Source: Octopus bimaculoides
Taxonomy: Eukaryota
Direction: 5' to 3'
NCBI RefSeq assembly: GCF_001194135.2
Contig: NC_068988.1
Span: 83,702,317 to 83,766,316, forward strand
Length of the DNA stretch: 64,000 nt
In this document: positions 1 through 13,980 of the stretch, one piece after another
Position numbering within the stretch: the stretch's first letter is position 1
How the letters are laid out: every line of letters starts with the position of its first letter
Position numbers and translations under genes: made by a program
The notes under the pieces: generated by a model
The model's database searches: none
Told to the model about the DNA's origin: nothing
The model's input: the letters and a program-made list of their open reading frames with translations, nothing else

Positions 1-249
1 ACTATATACGAGGTTAAAAATGAAAAATATTTTCTAAGCAAAATTTTCTAAGTCATAAATATGTAAAGGCAATTTACTTATTATTTATTTTTCACTGACG
101 TTATTACTGTTATTTCTTTATTTTCTGCAAAGTGCACAAAAAAGCTACACGTTTGCATAATGTTACAGATACAATAATAATAAAGGATGTTACCAGAAAT
201 ACATTTACAAACCAAGGACGTTATATAGACTTCCTTGACTCAAGTTAAA

Positions 250-357
250 GAAGGGGTGTGTATTATACACAAGGTTTAGGTTTTTCAGAGGTACAGCCCC
301 CTAAAAATCCCCTGCGTATTATACTCAAGGGTGGACTATACTCGAGGATTTACGGTA
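250..357. mobile_element. Tc1/pogo-type transposon terminus
   Basis: Ends ...TATACTCGAGGATTTACGG followed by TA. Confidence 0.45.
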
Positions 358-758
358 TATATATCATACCTAATGTAAATACATCATGAAAGGTAAATGA
401 ATTTTGGTATTCATCTAAAAATAACAACTTTTATGAATGTGATGCACTTAGAAACACAATAAATATTGGAAGGCGATGAAAATCATCCCAGCAGCAGCTG
501 GTGAGAATACCAAATGCCTTCTTGAGCATTGTCAATAGCATAGACTCACAGCCAACAGCATGTTTGCACAAAATGTATCTCCAATGATATATAGCGAAAC
601 AGTAAATAAACAACCACTGGTGTTGTGACTAGTGGCCCAGCAGAATAAAAATGTGTTATATGCAACATAAGCAGTATTAGATTAAAATAACCATCTATGT
701 ATTATACTTAATGCTAATTCACAGTGAAAGGCAAATTTACTACAGCAATTATCTGGCA

Positions 759-817
<59 letters not shown>

Positions 818-829
818 TTATGTTTACTG

Positions 830-857
<28 letters not shown>

Positions 858-870
<13 letters not shown>

Positions 871-1088
871 CTTTACTACCCACAAGGGGCTACACACAGA
901 GGGGACAAACAAGGACAGACAAACGGATTAAGTCGATTATACCGACCCCAGTGCGTAACTGGTACTTATTTAATCGCCCCCGAAAGGATGAAAGGCAGAG
1001 TCGACCTCGGCGGAATTTGAACTCAGAACGTAGCGGTAGACGAAATACCGCTAAGCATTTCGCCCGGCGTGCTAACGTTTCTGCCAGC
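858..1088 (-). mobile_element. Young tRNA-derived SINE (family with GAGTTCAAATTCC B box and GCCTTTCATCCTTTCGGGG core); older copies at about 2530-2745, 5820-6040, 6280-6490, 28870-29080, 44080-44590, 49720-49990, 53830-53900, 62880-63080
   Basis: Recurrent colinear copies in both orientations; CpGs are intact in this copy. Confidence 0.85.
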
Positions 1089-1349
1089 ATGCAAAATAAA
1101 TCATTTAACAGTGAATCTCACAGTTGATACAGCTAAAAACAGTCCCATGTAATCTGTTGAAAAAAAACCTTGGCTAGTAAAAAGGCCAAAGCATACTTGC
1201 AGGAATCAAACTGCACATCTTCTATACCCATAATAGATGTGCTAACTAATTGCAGCAGACTATCCGTTAGTCTTTCACCAAGATGCTTTGTTCAAATTCC
1301 ACAAGCTGTCTTTGCTTTTTTTTTTTTTCCCCATCCAAGGAGGGTTTAA

Positions 1350-1600
1350 CTCAATATATTATAAGGGTGGATGTGCGAAAGGTTGTGGCAATAAGACAAT
1401 GGTCAGATGACCTGATAGATGCAGAAATAGTTACAGTTTGGCAAAGATTAGATTTAGACAAAAATCTAGAGTGTTTGGAGTGTTCGTGTGTTGATTGAAG
1501 ATGCAAGTGGATGAAACAAATTGATACAGAGTTGAGGATTGAAGTGCATGTCAAAGATGAATGACACAAAGAAAGCAAGACAGAAAGAGAGCAAGACAAA
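1350..1600 (-). mobile_element. LINE APE-endonuclease fragment
   Basis: ...FLSKSNLCQTVTISASIRSSDHCLIATTF with the APE SDH motif. Confidence 0.5.
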
Positions 1601-2096
1601 AAGAATGCAAGGTAAACAGAGATAAATTTCTAGTGGTGAGTCAGTTGTGTAATGTTTGCTTTCTATATTTGAAAGGATGAGAGTTTGTGGGATTATCTAA
1701 TGACAGTCAAGAGGTTCTCACACACAACCAGATATTCCTACCTGACCACTATACTACCATGTACAGTACTAACATGTTAAGTGTTACTTCTGTATACACA
1801 TTTAGGGATTTTCATTGCATTTGTGACTGTTGTGGTTTCATTAGCTGGATGCCCTTCTTATCACCAATTACTTCATAGCATTGACTGGGTGCATTTTATA
1901 GTGCCACCAGCACCAGTGAAATTGTCTGTCAAGACTGAAATGCCTTCTATACACTGTGTCAGTTTATTTTTTTCTTCAGAGTTACTGATCTCCTAGTCAG
2001 GTTGCCTTCAGTATGGCTCATGCAATTGTGTTAAAGAAGCTCACAGTGTGGAAGTAGGAAAGAGGGGAATTATGGGCAGATGAATTTTTACAAATA

Positions 2097-2292
2097 CAGT
2101 AATCCCTCGCCATATTGCAGTTCACCTATTGTGCACTCAGTACATCATGGATTTTTCTGGCTAGTATATGTAAATTTATATCAAGAACTCTTCAGTATAT
2201 CCAGGTTTCTGTGGCCAAAAGGTATTTATACCTCTTTAGATCATAATTAGTTACGTGGGAACTTAACACCCATGATAGTTGAGGGATTACTG
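2097..2292. mobile_element. pogo/Tigger-type MITE
   Basis: TIR CAGTAATCCCTC / GAGGGATTACTG with TA on both sides. Confidence 0.75.
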
Positions 2293-3869
2293 TAGAAGGG
2301 AAAAGAAGAACTTACGTAAGACTGGTGGGTTGATAATTGTTTATATTTATCATGATAGAGATGGATATGAAAGTATGAAGTCCCCACACCATAGAGTAAT
2401 GCGTGTGCCAAACAGTGTTTAACAAAATGCAAATACTGCTGCAAGGATATTATGAAATAAAATATGCCTAGATATTAAAAGAAGCTCATGATTTCAGTGA
2501 TTAATAATAATAAGAAGAATAACGATAATAATCCTTTCTACTGGAAGCACAAGGCCTTAAATTTGGGAGAAGGGATTAAGTCGATTACATCGACCCCAGT
2601 GCATAACTGGTACTTATTTTTTTGACCTCGAATGGATGAAAGGCAAAGTTGACCTTGGCAAAATTTGAACTCAGAAGTGAAGATGGACGAAATACCGCAA
2701 AGCATTTTTGCCCAGCATGCTAACGATTCTGCCAGCTCGCTGCCCTAATAATGATAACTTGCTTATTTTAATTTCCTTCCAAATTTTCAAATCCATGATA
2801 CCTTCTTTCACTGTACCTTGTCACCAAAAACAGTCAAAACCCAACTCAGCACTCACATGCAATTCAAGGTATAGAACATGAATAAACATGAAACATGTCT
2901 TATGCATGCAGTATTATTCATTAATGAATGAATATTTGAGAGAGAGAGGGAGAAAAGAAGGTATCTAGTAAGGAGTTAGAAGAAAGTGTCAAATAAGGGA
3001 AGAAAGTGTCAGAGAATCATTAGATATGATACAATTACTATAAATGGAAAGCAGAAATTTGTGATTAGTGATGAATAATGATAATAAATAATAAACAACA
3101 GACTATCTTATTTCATGCTGTCTGATACCGATACCAAATGAATATAAGAATTGCCATGAGAGAGTGGACCAGTACTTACACTGAAAGCTATTCAACCACT
3201 ACAAAATAAAAACAGTCACCAACTTGTATAAACATCAAGACCAACCAGAGCCAGTAATAGGAGTTAAAATAACAGCGTTTGGGAATTTCTTAGTCAACAC
3301 ACACCAGGTTAATTCAAGCAAATAGACCAGATACCATCAAAAACACAAAGACCTGCAAATTAAATGATATGAGTAATATCATCAAATAAAATATATCATT
3401 GAAAGGAGTTGAAAAACTAAGCAAATTCAAAGAGCTAGTGATAAAGATTGAAAAATGTAGCTCCTTAAAGAAAAATAACTTCATTCAACATAGAGGCCTT
3501 AAGTATTTTTTAAAAAGTGTGTGAGAAAAGGAAGGGACGTTAGCAACATCATATGCAGTGTAGTGAAATTAATATCTACATACTCATGAAAGGAATAGTT
3601 CCAAAGGGAAAAAAATAAATAGAAACTAGAATAACGGCTCACCCAATGCAAATACACATATGCAAACATCTGTGTGTGTATACATACCTGGCATGGGAAT
3701 GCAATAGTGGCAACATTTGCTCACAAACAATCAAAGATCTAGTGAAATTACATCTCAACATCATCTCTGCCTGCTCAGTAAAGGGTGACGTTGACAGTTG
3801 CTAGAAAAGAAATTACAAACTTGGTTATAGTTAATCAATGATGATGATGATGATGGCAACAACAACAAA

Positions 3870-4081
3870 AAACAACATACAGAAAATAGCACTACTCTGC
3901 ACCGCACACATCCTATGTAAAGCACTTTTGATACAGTGAAATAAGAGCACCACAATAAACCACAGCACATACTCAAGGTACACAGAGCTGTGCTCAGTAG
4001 TGCAGTAAAAGCATGTGATAAAAATAAGACTACTGAATAATAATAATAATAATAATAATAATGATAATAATAATAATAATG

Positions 4082-4126
<45 letters not shown>

Positions 4127-4350
4127 TAAGAGCACCACAGCAAACCACAGCACATACCCAAGGCGCACAGAGCTGCGCTCGGTAGTGAAGTGAAAGCACG
4201 TTATAAAAATAAAACTACTGAATAATAATAATAATAATAATAATAATCCGGTGACAACAGGATCAAAGAGAAAGAAGAAGAAAAACTGAAGTCTCTCTGG
4301 GTGAGACTCGGATCCAACTTGTACAAATGCAAAACAAAAGTCAAACATAA

Positions 4351-4398
<48 letters not shown>

Positions 4399-4760
4399 CC
4401 GGTGACAACAGGATCAAAGAGAAAGAAGAAGAAAAACTGAACAATTATGATGATTTGAAGTGGGAAATATGAAGGTTGTGGTCAATGAGGAGAGTAGACA
4501 TGGTACCAATAGCAATTGGTGTATTTGGAAGTATCAGCACCCAACTACCAACATGGCTCAGAAAGATTAGTACAAATATAATGGTAGAACACCTACAAGA
4601 ATCAGCATTGCTTGGAACTGCAAGAATTCTTGGCAGGGTTCTTGGAGCATGACCAGTAAACAAGTGTCACCTCAGTCTGCTGGCTGTGGGCAGCTGACAC
4701 TTCCCACGATACCCAGCAAAATAAGCTGTGAGTTTTCATCAAATAATAATAATAATTTTT
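3870..4760 (+). mobile_element. Stack of Dong/R4-clade LINE 3' ends, each followed by (AAT)n
   Basis: Fragments LLCTAHILCKAL and PGDNRIKEKEEEKL..YDDLKWEI.RLW...VPIAIGVFG...LQESALLGTARIL.RVL; duplicated 3'UTR units at about 3940-4035 and 4125-4220; identical 43-bp starts at 4248 and 4399. Confidence 0.75.
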
Positions 4761-5572
4761 ATTTTTATTGGCCACATGGGCAGCAAAACGTTAAGGACAA
4801 TGCGAAGATAAAAGACTATGGAGATTTACATACAAACTTGTAAACAATAAAACAAATAATTTGCAAAAAAATTTTAACAAAATTCCCAGTAGGGGAATAA
4901 AAACACCCAGATGCAACTTGATGAGAAAGTAAACTGAATAATATAAAGTTATAATCATGTAATATAAACAGTGAAAGATATACATAGAGTATGTGCAGCC
5001 AATAATGTTTACAACACTAGTGCTGCTTTTAATTCATAATTGAATTTAATCTTACATATGCATCATCATGGCATACCAGGAAATGGTTCTTACGCTATTT
5101 GTATATAGTCATAGTCTAGTGATTCAGTTTGATTCAGGTATGTGATGTTGATAAGCTACAAAGATGGCAAAATATTGATATTCATTATTCTTGAATGGGA
5201 CTGGGGGTGAATTGTCTTACTTGTTCTATGACTTTCAGGTATTTTAACAGCCAGTGCAATGAAGGAGTCATCCCCAAAGCAAACCAGCAAAACACATACA
5301 TTGCATATAAGTGATTGATAATGTTTATTGAAAGANNNNNNNNNNTGAGAGAGAGAGAGAGAGTGTATTTTAGTTTCTGACATCAAACCTAAAAATGTAC
5401 TGAAAACTAGGTACTACAATCATCATCATTGTCATTGTTTTTTATGTCCACTTTTCCATGCAAGGATATGTTTTAATGGAAGATTGGAGACAAAGGACTT
5501 ATATGACAGTGAAACTTATTTACAGTTTTTGCATGAAGTCAAGACAAAGAAACATGAACATATATAAACATG

Positions 5573-5606
<34 letters not shown>

Positions 5607-7789
5607 CATAGAGATACACACACACACACACACACATACACACACATAACAGGATTGTCTAAGTTCCTGTCTACAAAATCCACTCACAAAGCTTTGGTTG
5701 ACTCAGGGCTATAATAGATGTCTGCCTAAGCTGCCATGCAACAGAATGGATCCAAAACCACATGTTTGGATGCAAGCTTCTTGACCACACAGCCATTTCT
5801 GATTTTTTGTTTTCACATATCTTAGCATCCTTTCTACAATAGGCACAAAGTCTGAAATTTTGGGGGAAGGGGATTGTCGATTACATTGACCCCAGTGCTA
5901 CATTGGTATTTATTTTACCAACCTCTAAAGAACATAAAGCAAAGATGACCTTGGTGGAATTTGAACTCAGACTATAAAGACAAACAAAATGCCATGAAGC
6001 ATTTTGCCCAGCATGCTCGTGACTGCCGACTCACCACCTTTTCATATCTTAATATCAAAATTAACAACCTAACTCATTTGACCTTTCAGAGAACACCTCC
6101 TGTTTGATAATATGAAGATCCCATTTTAAATTTTTCATATTTGTATTAAAGCTTCTTGTTATAAGTTTCTATAAAAACTTTTTGTTCTAGACACCAGTTT
6201 AATGATGACAAAAATTTGTTACTTGACTGTATCTCTTCATATAATTGACTATTTTTAATATTAATTGAAATATAATGTGACAAGGTGGCAGAATCATTAC
6301 CATGCCAAGCAAAATGCTTGGAAGCATTTCATCTGTCTTTACTTTCTGAGGTCAAATGCCAGTTCTGAGGTGGACTTTGCCTTTCATCCTTTTGGGGTCA
6401 ATAAAGCAAGTACCAGTTGAGCACTGGGGTCAATGTAATAGACTTACTCCACCCCTGAAATTGCTGGCCATGTGCCAAAATCTAAAACCAATATTACATG
6501 AAATATAAGCAGTTAAGCAGTGAAATATGGCCACAAAGAGTTGATAGGGTGTAGGCACTTCTAACTTTTTCCATTAATACAAGAATAATTTCTTAAATAT
6601 TTACAAAATGTATCCATGAAGAATGCTTTGAGACAAATTCTAATGGAAAAAATATTTTTTGGCTATCATTTTAACCATAATTGTGGATTTCATTTTGACT
6701 TAAAACATTGTATGACAGATAACCTTCCTTGAAATTTGAATATGGAATGTTTAAGTTTGAAAGCCAAAATCCTTGCCGAACAACTTTATTGTATTTTGGT
6801 AGTAATATTCACTAATGATAATTGTCAAAGTGAATAATTATACTATATATGATAATATAAGAAAGTGGTTAGGGTATTCAGTTCATGATTGTAAGGTTGT
6901 GTCGGATTCCCAGCAGTGCCTTGTGCCCTGGAACAAGATACTTTATTTCACATTGCACCAGTCCACTCAGCTGTCAAAAAAAATTAGTAGTCCCTGTATT
7001 TCAAAGGTCCAGATTTGTCACATTTTGTGTCACGCTGAATCTCCCAGAGAACTATGTTAAGGGTATGCAGGTCTGTGGAGTGCTCAGCCACTTGCATATT
7101 AATTTCATGAGCAGGCTCTTCTGTTGATCATATCAACTGGAACCCTCATCATTGTAACCAACAGAGTGTTAATTTTATATGATAATATCCAGTCAAGCAT
7201 CTGTGCTTGTAAGTTTGTGGTAAGTTGGTGCAAGTAGTCTAAAGGAACAGTTTAGTTTTCATGTCTAAACATCCATGCAAGTACAAGTACTGGGTCAATT
7301 TAATCAACAGTTTCCTTCCTCTAAATTTATGATCTGACAGTTTGAAAAAAATACTAGGCACTCATCTACTATTAGGGCAGTTAACCCCAGCACACTCAAA
7401 GAGTGTTGGGGCTAAATGCAGTCATATCATTTTTATCAAAATTGCTTAAATCAGATGAGAAATTTAGAAATTTCTCTTCAATCAAGCTTTATGTAAATAA
7501 AAAAGGCTTAATTGTTAGCTTGGAAAAATTCATAAAACATTGTTCATAAATGCAACTTAAAACATTATTTGTTCAGTTCAAAATATACAAAATTGTGTAA
7601 ATATATTGGTGTAATTCATGCTACATAAATTGTGACTTGGTACAGTGGTTGTTTACATGCCACAAAAATATTTTTTCCTAATTAACAATTAGATCTATTT
7701 TAATTACATAGAATCTGCCTAAAAGGGCATTTATAATGTTCTCATGTAATTCTGTTTTAATTTAGCCGCAATTAACTTAATAGATGAAT

Positions 7790-8180
7790 ACTTAATACAT
7801 AAGGACCCTAATGTGTACCATCTAATGTTTGGGGACTCCTAATATTGGATGAGTACCTAATATTTGGGGACATTAATAAAAGATGAGTACCTAATATTTA
7901 AGGGCTCTAAAACTGGATGAGTATTTGAGGCCCTTAATACTACACAAGTAACTAATACTAGTTGAGTACCTGATACTAAAAATATCATGTACTAAATGCG
8001 TACATAATATTTAAGGGTCTTAATACTAAATGAGTATCTAACATTTGCGGACTCTAACATTAGATAAGTATGCACTAGTAGAGGACCCTAATCCTAACAA
8101 TGTATCTACTATTTGAAAACCCTAATACAAAATGAGTACCTAATATATGAAGACCTTAATACCAGATGAGTACCTAATAT
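7790..8180 (+). repeat. Degenerate minisatellite of about 37-40 bp (ggaccctaatactagatgagtacctaatattt), about 9-10 copies
   Basis: Recurring ATGAGTACCTAATATTT and CCCTAATAC motifs at regular spacing. Confidence 0.75.
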
Positions 8181-8619
8181 ATTCTGAATCTTCTAGAGTT
8201 ACTAATATTACAATAATGCAATATCAATGTTGGTTTCTAATACAAAGTATGCAAATTTGTTGTTGTAGTTCTTTTTTTAATTAAAATCCCAAACAAAGCG
8301 AAACTGCCACTTGGTGTAAAGGACTATGAAGAAGGAGAAATTTAGACGAAAGAGTTCGATCACAAGAAGGGGAAAACAATGAGATGGAAGAGAATTCCAA
8401 AATCTGGCATGTTTGAGGAAAAAAGCTATGACCATAGAAGGACTTCTTTATTTACGGAAGCACAATAGGATTTAAGCAAAAACACTTTGAATTGCAAGTC
8501 AGGTGAGATAGCACAAAGTGATCCAGAACTAAGAAAGTTCATCGGAGTACTTCCTAAAATTGATTCCACTACTATAATGATGTTTCCTTGTTAGATATTC
8601 TTATTATTCAAGTTAAATA

Positions 8620-9000
8620 GCAAAATTGTTGAGTTTCTTTGAAGACCTGGGCATTATTGTCAGTAGCGATCTGCATTGGACAAACCACGTCTCTAAGATT
8701 GTCAAGAAGGCCGAGGGTGTCTTAGCATCACTCAGTAAGACCTTTGTCTGCCACTCTCCTGCTGTCTATCTAAAGCTGTATTTATGGTTATGGTATGTCC
8801 ACACTTTAGAGTTTGCATCACCAATGTGGGACCCCTATCTTGCTCAGCATATCAATCTCATGGAAACTGTCTAGAAATGTGCAGCCAGACAAATACCCAC
8901 TGTCAAGGATCTACCATACTCTGAACATCTTGCTTCTCTTGGCATGGACACACTAAAGCTCTGACGTCTGATAACTAATCTGGTAGACAACCACAAGACT
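8620..9000 (+). mobile_element. CR1-group LINE RT C-terminal fragment
   Basis: EDLGIIVSSDLHWTNHVSKIVKKA...LEFASPMWDPYL..HINLMETV...DLPYSE.L..LG. Confidence 0.8.
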
Positions 9001-9299
9001 TTTTTAATTCTTTTATTCTGTTATGTGTTTCAGCCAGGTGGTTGTAGTCATGCTGGAGCACCACCATGAAAACTATCTTTTACTAAATGCCTCATTCACT
9101 GTTCATCTCCAGTGCATTATTCTATGTACTGTTCATTAACTATGGGCAACTTTTTCTAATGAATTGTAGTGCACCTTAACACTATATATAATGAGTTCAT
9201 TATATGTCAATTTAAATTTTCTTGGCATAACTACAGTTTGGTGCCCCACTTCTGATCTTGTTTTTTCATAACTTTCTGAAAAAGTATTTTTTAATAAAT

Positions 9300-11350
9300 T
9301 TTACAGAGACATATTTTAGAGAGCGTGGATTATGATTATACCGAAAAATTTAGGAAAATAACAAGCTGGAGGAAATTAGGATCATTCTACACCATTACTT
9401 TGTTACCATCAATTTCCGTAACTTTTGTATTTTTCTTTTTCTTTTTCAAGATTATATGTTTGAAACATCGATATTTCGTAATCTACACACACGAAAAAAT
9501 ATTTCTGCAAAATTTCGTTTGAAAAGAAAATTGTCATCGTTGATGTCTCACTCTACTAAAGTATCTGATGCTGGAGAAGACTCTTAGCTGTTCCAGTTTC
9601 TCGTAGAGATGCTTAAACTGCTAGTGTTTTGGGAGGGAAATACCAGTATTTCCAGTTGCAGTGTATAACGAAAGGGGTGTCTTTTTGAGCCGTTTTATTG
9701 TTGATTGTCCATTGACCTTTCTCAACAACAATTAAGTCACACCAACTAATGTCAGTTCTATCCAACCAAAATAGTGTTATAAATCAAAATATATCCGTAA
9801 AAACGAATATAGAAATGACTGAAATAAAATGCGTGCAACACTTAATTAAAATCATGTGAATAGTTGTTTGCCAAATGATTAAACAAACCGTATTTCAACT
9901 AGCAAATTTTTGTTTTACAAGGAGTTAAAAGAACTGAACTTCAGTTTACGAAAATATAGTGCTCGTCGACGAACGTGTATACCGTCCCTCAGTCTATTAG
10001 AGATAACCTTACCATACAATCACAGACTTTCACACACTAGCAGCAAAATCTGGCCTTGTCTCCAGTATTATGCGAAATATCTGGAAAAGTCACGTAACTT
10101 GTGACCTTCGTGAAAATACAACCCCTACACAAAATTTCCATAAGCATGGTGCCAAAACTATGGTCTAGAACTTAGAGCATATAAACATATATTCATTATA
10201 TAAGATGGGATGGTTTACAGTTAATATATCTTTCATCAGAGGCCTGCTGGATCAGAGCTGACAATAATACTTTGATAATACGTTGATGGTGGATACATAA
10301 AAACAAAAATTGAGAATAATTTGGAAGAGGGTAACTGAAAAGTTGAAGGGGAGGATGTTTATGGAAGTGGATCCATTCAGGAGTTACTTTAGCGTAACAA
10401 AAACAAAACAATGTTTGAAAGTACTGGCCCTTATCCACTAAGCAGGGTATGTGTACACACCAAAATCAAGCTTTTTAAAAAAAAATTACTGTGTATTCTT
10501 TCTAGAGGATAATTATTTAAAATGTATTAAGACTGTTTAATAAATATCTGCACTCGAATAACTATATCTGAATTTAAGAAACCAGCCTACAGTTATAGTT
10601 ACGAGAAATAACGTTGAGAAGGCTTACCACAACTACTTGTCACTTTTCGAGCGGTTGATGTTGGTTTGATTTAGTCAGAGCTTTATACAAAAACATTAAC
10701 TAATGCCGATTGTGCACGAACGGTTTGGGTCAGGTTTATATTTTGCTTGACTGGTTATTTCGACATTATTGTTGACATGTTATCGTCGCGTCTACCATAG
10801 ATAATGTTACGTCTCTAAGTGAACTAGTGTCGGGGATGAATTAATAATTCTAGGAACAACAAAGGTTCTTCCAGTTAATTGTACTGTAAATGCATAATGT
10901 TTTTGTCTGACGAATTTAAGAAAAGTTCGCCACTGAATTCCTGGAAATTGTGTAGAACACAATTTCCACCAATTCAGCGGAAAACATTTAGGCACATAAA
11001 TTAACAAATCAAAGATAACTTTGGTTTCAAATCTTCGAAAGAGTAACTTAATTAGCTTATGATTAAAAACAAAGTTAAAAATTTTTTTTTTTTTAAACTG
11101 TAACTTCGATTTAAGGAATTAAATTAATACTTCTGAACAAATATTTCAGTTGGTGTTCCTAGAATTTTTAAGGTTTAACCAAATTTTCTATTAACAATCT
11201 ACACTTTTAATAATAGATTGGTCGCTTTTTCCCTTTGTGAACGAAAACTAATGATTACACAAGGAGTTTACTTTTATTGCCTTCACAGTGATTACCGTTT
11301 TACAAAATTAAATTAGAAAATTGGACGAAACGGAGAACACAATTGAAAAA
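9300..11350 (-). promoter_or_regulatory. Second CpG-retaining, promoter-like region with candidate minus-strand non-coding exons
   Basis: Roughly 40+ CpGs in 2 kb by eye, against very few in flanking DNA. Donors at 10627 (gtaagc), 10012 (gtaagg) and 9551 (gtgaga); acceptors at 10081 and 9819. Confidence 0.45.
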
Positions 11351-13980
11351 ATCAAAAAGAAAATAGAGGAAAAGTAAAATGAGAAAAAAGGAAAAACAAA
11401 ACAATTCACCACCTTGGGTTGAAAAGTTGAGGGCGCTGGGAAACCTCTCTAAATGGCTATAGAGACACGCTTGCAGCTTTGCCACAGGTGATGGCAAGGC
11501 TGATGCACTAGAACAGCCAAGCACCTTCACGAGCCTCACTAGTTACCTCTGCAAGGCGAGTTACCAGTGAAGATAGTAATCTCACAGTTAGTGGTCCGAC
11601 CCCACTAAACGTCTCAAACGCCACAGGATGGAAAATGTAGTTGGCCTACAGATTGCGGTATTTCAGGATTTTGTTTTGCTCAGCCGCAGAAGCTGTGGAT
11701 CTCATCCAGACCGCAACATCCAGGATGTGAGAAGAAGCAAAGGAGTCGCTAACTGTGACATCCCAGACAAGGCATCTGTCTTGTGACGAGGGGCACAGGG
11801 TGAGGCCGTTAGATCTCTTCCCATCACACCTGGTCAATCCAGAAGGTTCCAAGATGGAGAGGATGTTTGCCCACGCCAAGCTCCTCTTGAGCATCAGGTT
11901 CAACTTTGTATGACGCGTAAGGTGACAAGCATTCAAGCAGCAAGAAAGGCCATGGAGGCCTGTGGAGTCGAGGACCCTGCCACAACAACAGATCAAACCC
12001 GTGCATACATCAGCTCCCACTTTGAGGGCAATGGAGACACAAGGTTCGTCTGAGCAGGCCACCAACATTAGCCACAGGATGGCATCAATCCAGTCATTTG
12101 AGTATTTGGCACTAGCAGACAGTAACCGGCACCTTGAAAACTGGTCCGACTGGATGAAGAGGGAGTTGAAGGTGGCCTTTGAAATTTTGATATCTCAAGT
12201 TCTCTGACACCGACAGTCCTCCACCTTTTCAGGAGCAGACAAGCCCAATTTCTTCCAGTATTGGAGAGTTTCATCCAACCCCCTGTTGGAACTGATTCAT
12301 GTTGGAGAGAAGAGAATGTTGCTCACCAGGGCGGAGCAGGTGTGGGTAGAGGAAAGGAAGCAGGGGAAAGAGAGCGACGAACACTTATGAAGACCAAGAC
12401 CTCCAAATCGCTTGAGCAATGCAGCCTGATCATGGGACATTGGAGAGAGTCTGACATTGACTAAGCATTCAAGTCTCTCAAAGATTAGGTTGTCAAAGTA
12501 TTGGAGGCACGATGGGAATCGGTGAGATGAGTTGACTCTGAGTAAATATAGAAGCTTAGGGATCTAGAGGTAATTCCGAAGTATAAAAAAAACCTTGATG
12601 GGGCTTGATAGCTTCAATATTTTTCAGCAATTGCTCAAAGGCAGCCACTTTCAACTGGAAGATGGACTCAAAGGCAAGGTCAGTGATTGGGGCACCTAGA
12701 GAGCACCAAGCTGATGGGGGAGAGACTGCAATGGAAGGGAAGGACTCTGCAAAAAGGTTAATAGCTGGTTGATGTTGAGAAGTCGGGTGGTTGAGGATCC
12801 AGAGCTCACATTTGGAGCTGTTTACTTAGAGACCCCAGTGACCAAGTTCTCCAACCATCATGTTTGCAATGGCGAGAACCCTGTCCGGAGGTCCCCCAAA
12901 CAAGCATCATCAAGATACCAGACATTGAGGTCTAGCTTGACCTCCATCTTGGTGATGTCATCAATGCCCAGTGCGAACAGAGCAGGCCCAAGTGGGTCGC
13001 CCTGTTGGACTCCTAAGGCGGAGGTGATGATTTGGTTACTGAAAGAGAGACAGGAGGGTTCTCAATAAGCCTGCCATGCAAGGCAGTAAAGTTGTGGGAC
13101 CTTCTCTCTTACTGAGCTGAGAACAACATCATGGCTGATGGAGTTGAAGACATTCTTAAGGTCAAGTTTGAGGATGACTTTGGGTGACAAGGAAGGCAAG
13201 TTGGCATGGGCAGCAACTTCACATCCCAATTTGGTGCCCACTCCTAGCTGGGTGGGAGAAAATTCCTCCTCCAATGAGCTAGAGACCGATTATAAGCATA
13301 CCTTTGCAGTGAGATGAAGGGTGCAGCCGACCACAATGGGGCACAGGTCTCCATTGGGTTTAGTGAGCCTGAATAATTTTGCACCGAAGAATAGTGGGCG
13401 GATATAAGGGAGGATGTTCACTGAAGAGAACTGGTTCACAAACTGAGTGAAATTCTCCAAGAGCTCGAGTCCAGTGTCACCGGCTGATAAGGAGATACCG
13501 TCTTTGAGGTGTTGAGGTTGAGCCATCAATTCTCGTACCTGAACCAGCAGGGAAGGATGAAATCACTTTTCTGATGTTATCAGAGGTGAAGACCAGTCTC
13601 GAATATTCTGGGGGATTGGGCCAGTTTAGTTGATTATCAGAGAGTGCTGGGGGGGTGCTTCTTTTTCAAACGTCTAATAGACTCAGAGTCACACGGAGCA
13701 AGGGAAGATAGAGAAGAGAGGAGACGGACAACCCTTTTTATGTCAAATTCACTGAATTTGGCATGACTGCACACTTAAGGTTCATTGGTTGCCTGTTGGT
13801 AGGCACCGTGCTTGATGTCAAATTGAGGTGAGAAGTGGTCAGGGTGGACTCAAATAGCTGGAACTGTTGCTTGAGAGCGGATGTAAGGGAGCCTGATTTC
13901 ACATTGTGCACATGGAAAGAGATGCGAGGGAACAGAAACAGTTTCTGCCAGTTGGATGCTTTGTTAGATAAACATATGTC

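Noticed and set aside
431-613. 60-aa ORF / possible 29-nt exon with gtgagt donor
   Set aside because: No recognisable homology and a weak acceptor; cannot be supported from sequence alone.
711-1127. His/Thr- and Cys/Val-repeat ORFs (also 3761-4444, 22447-23156, 36179-36982)
   Set aside because: Translations of (CA)n, (TA)n and (AAT)n microsatellites, SINEs or N gaps.
7790-8180. CRISPR-like array (also 14997-15423)
   Set aside because: No invariant repeat with unique spacers; eukaryotic context; these are ordinary minisatellites.
10196-10438. 80-aa minus-strand ORF as a protein gene
   Set aside because: GTG start, no recognisable motif, and no consistent splice framework linking it to other coding sequence.
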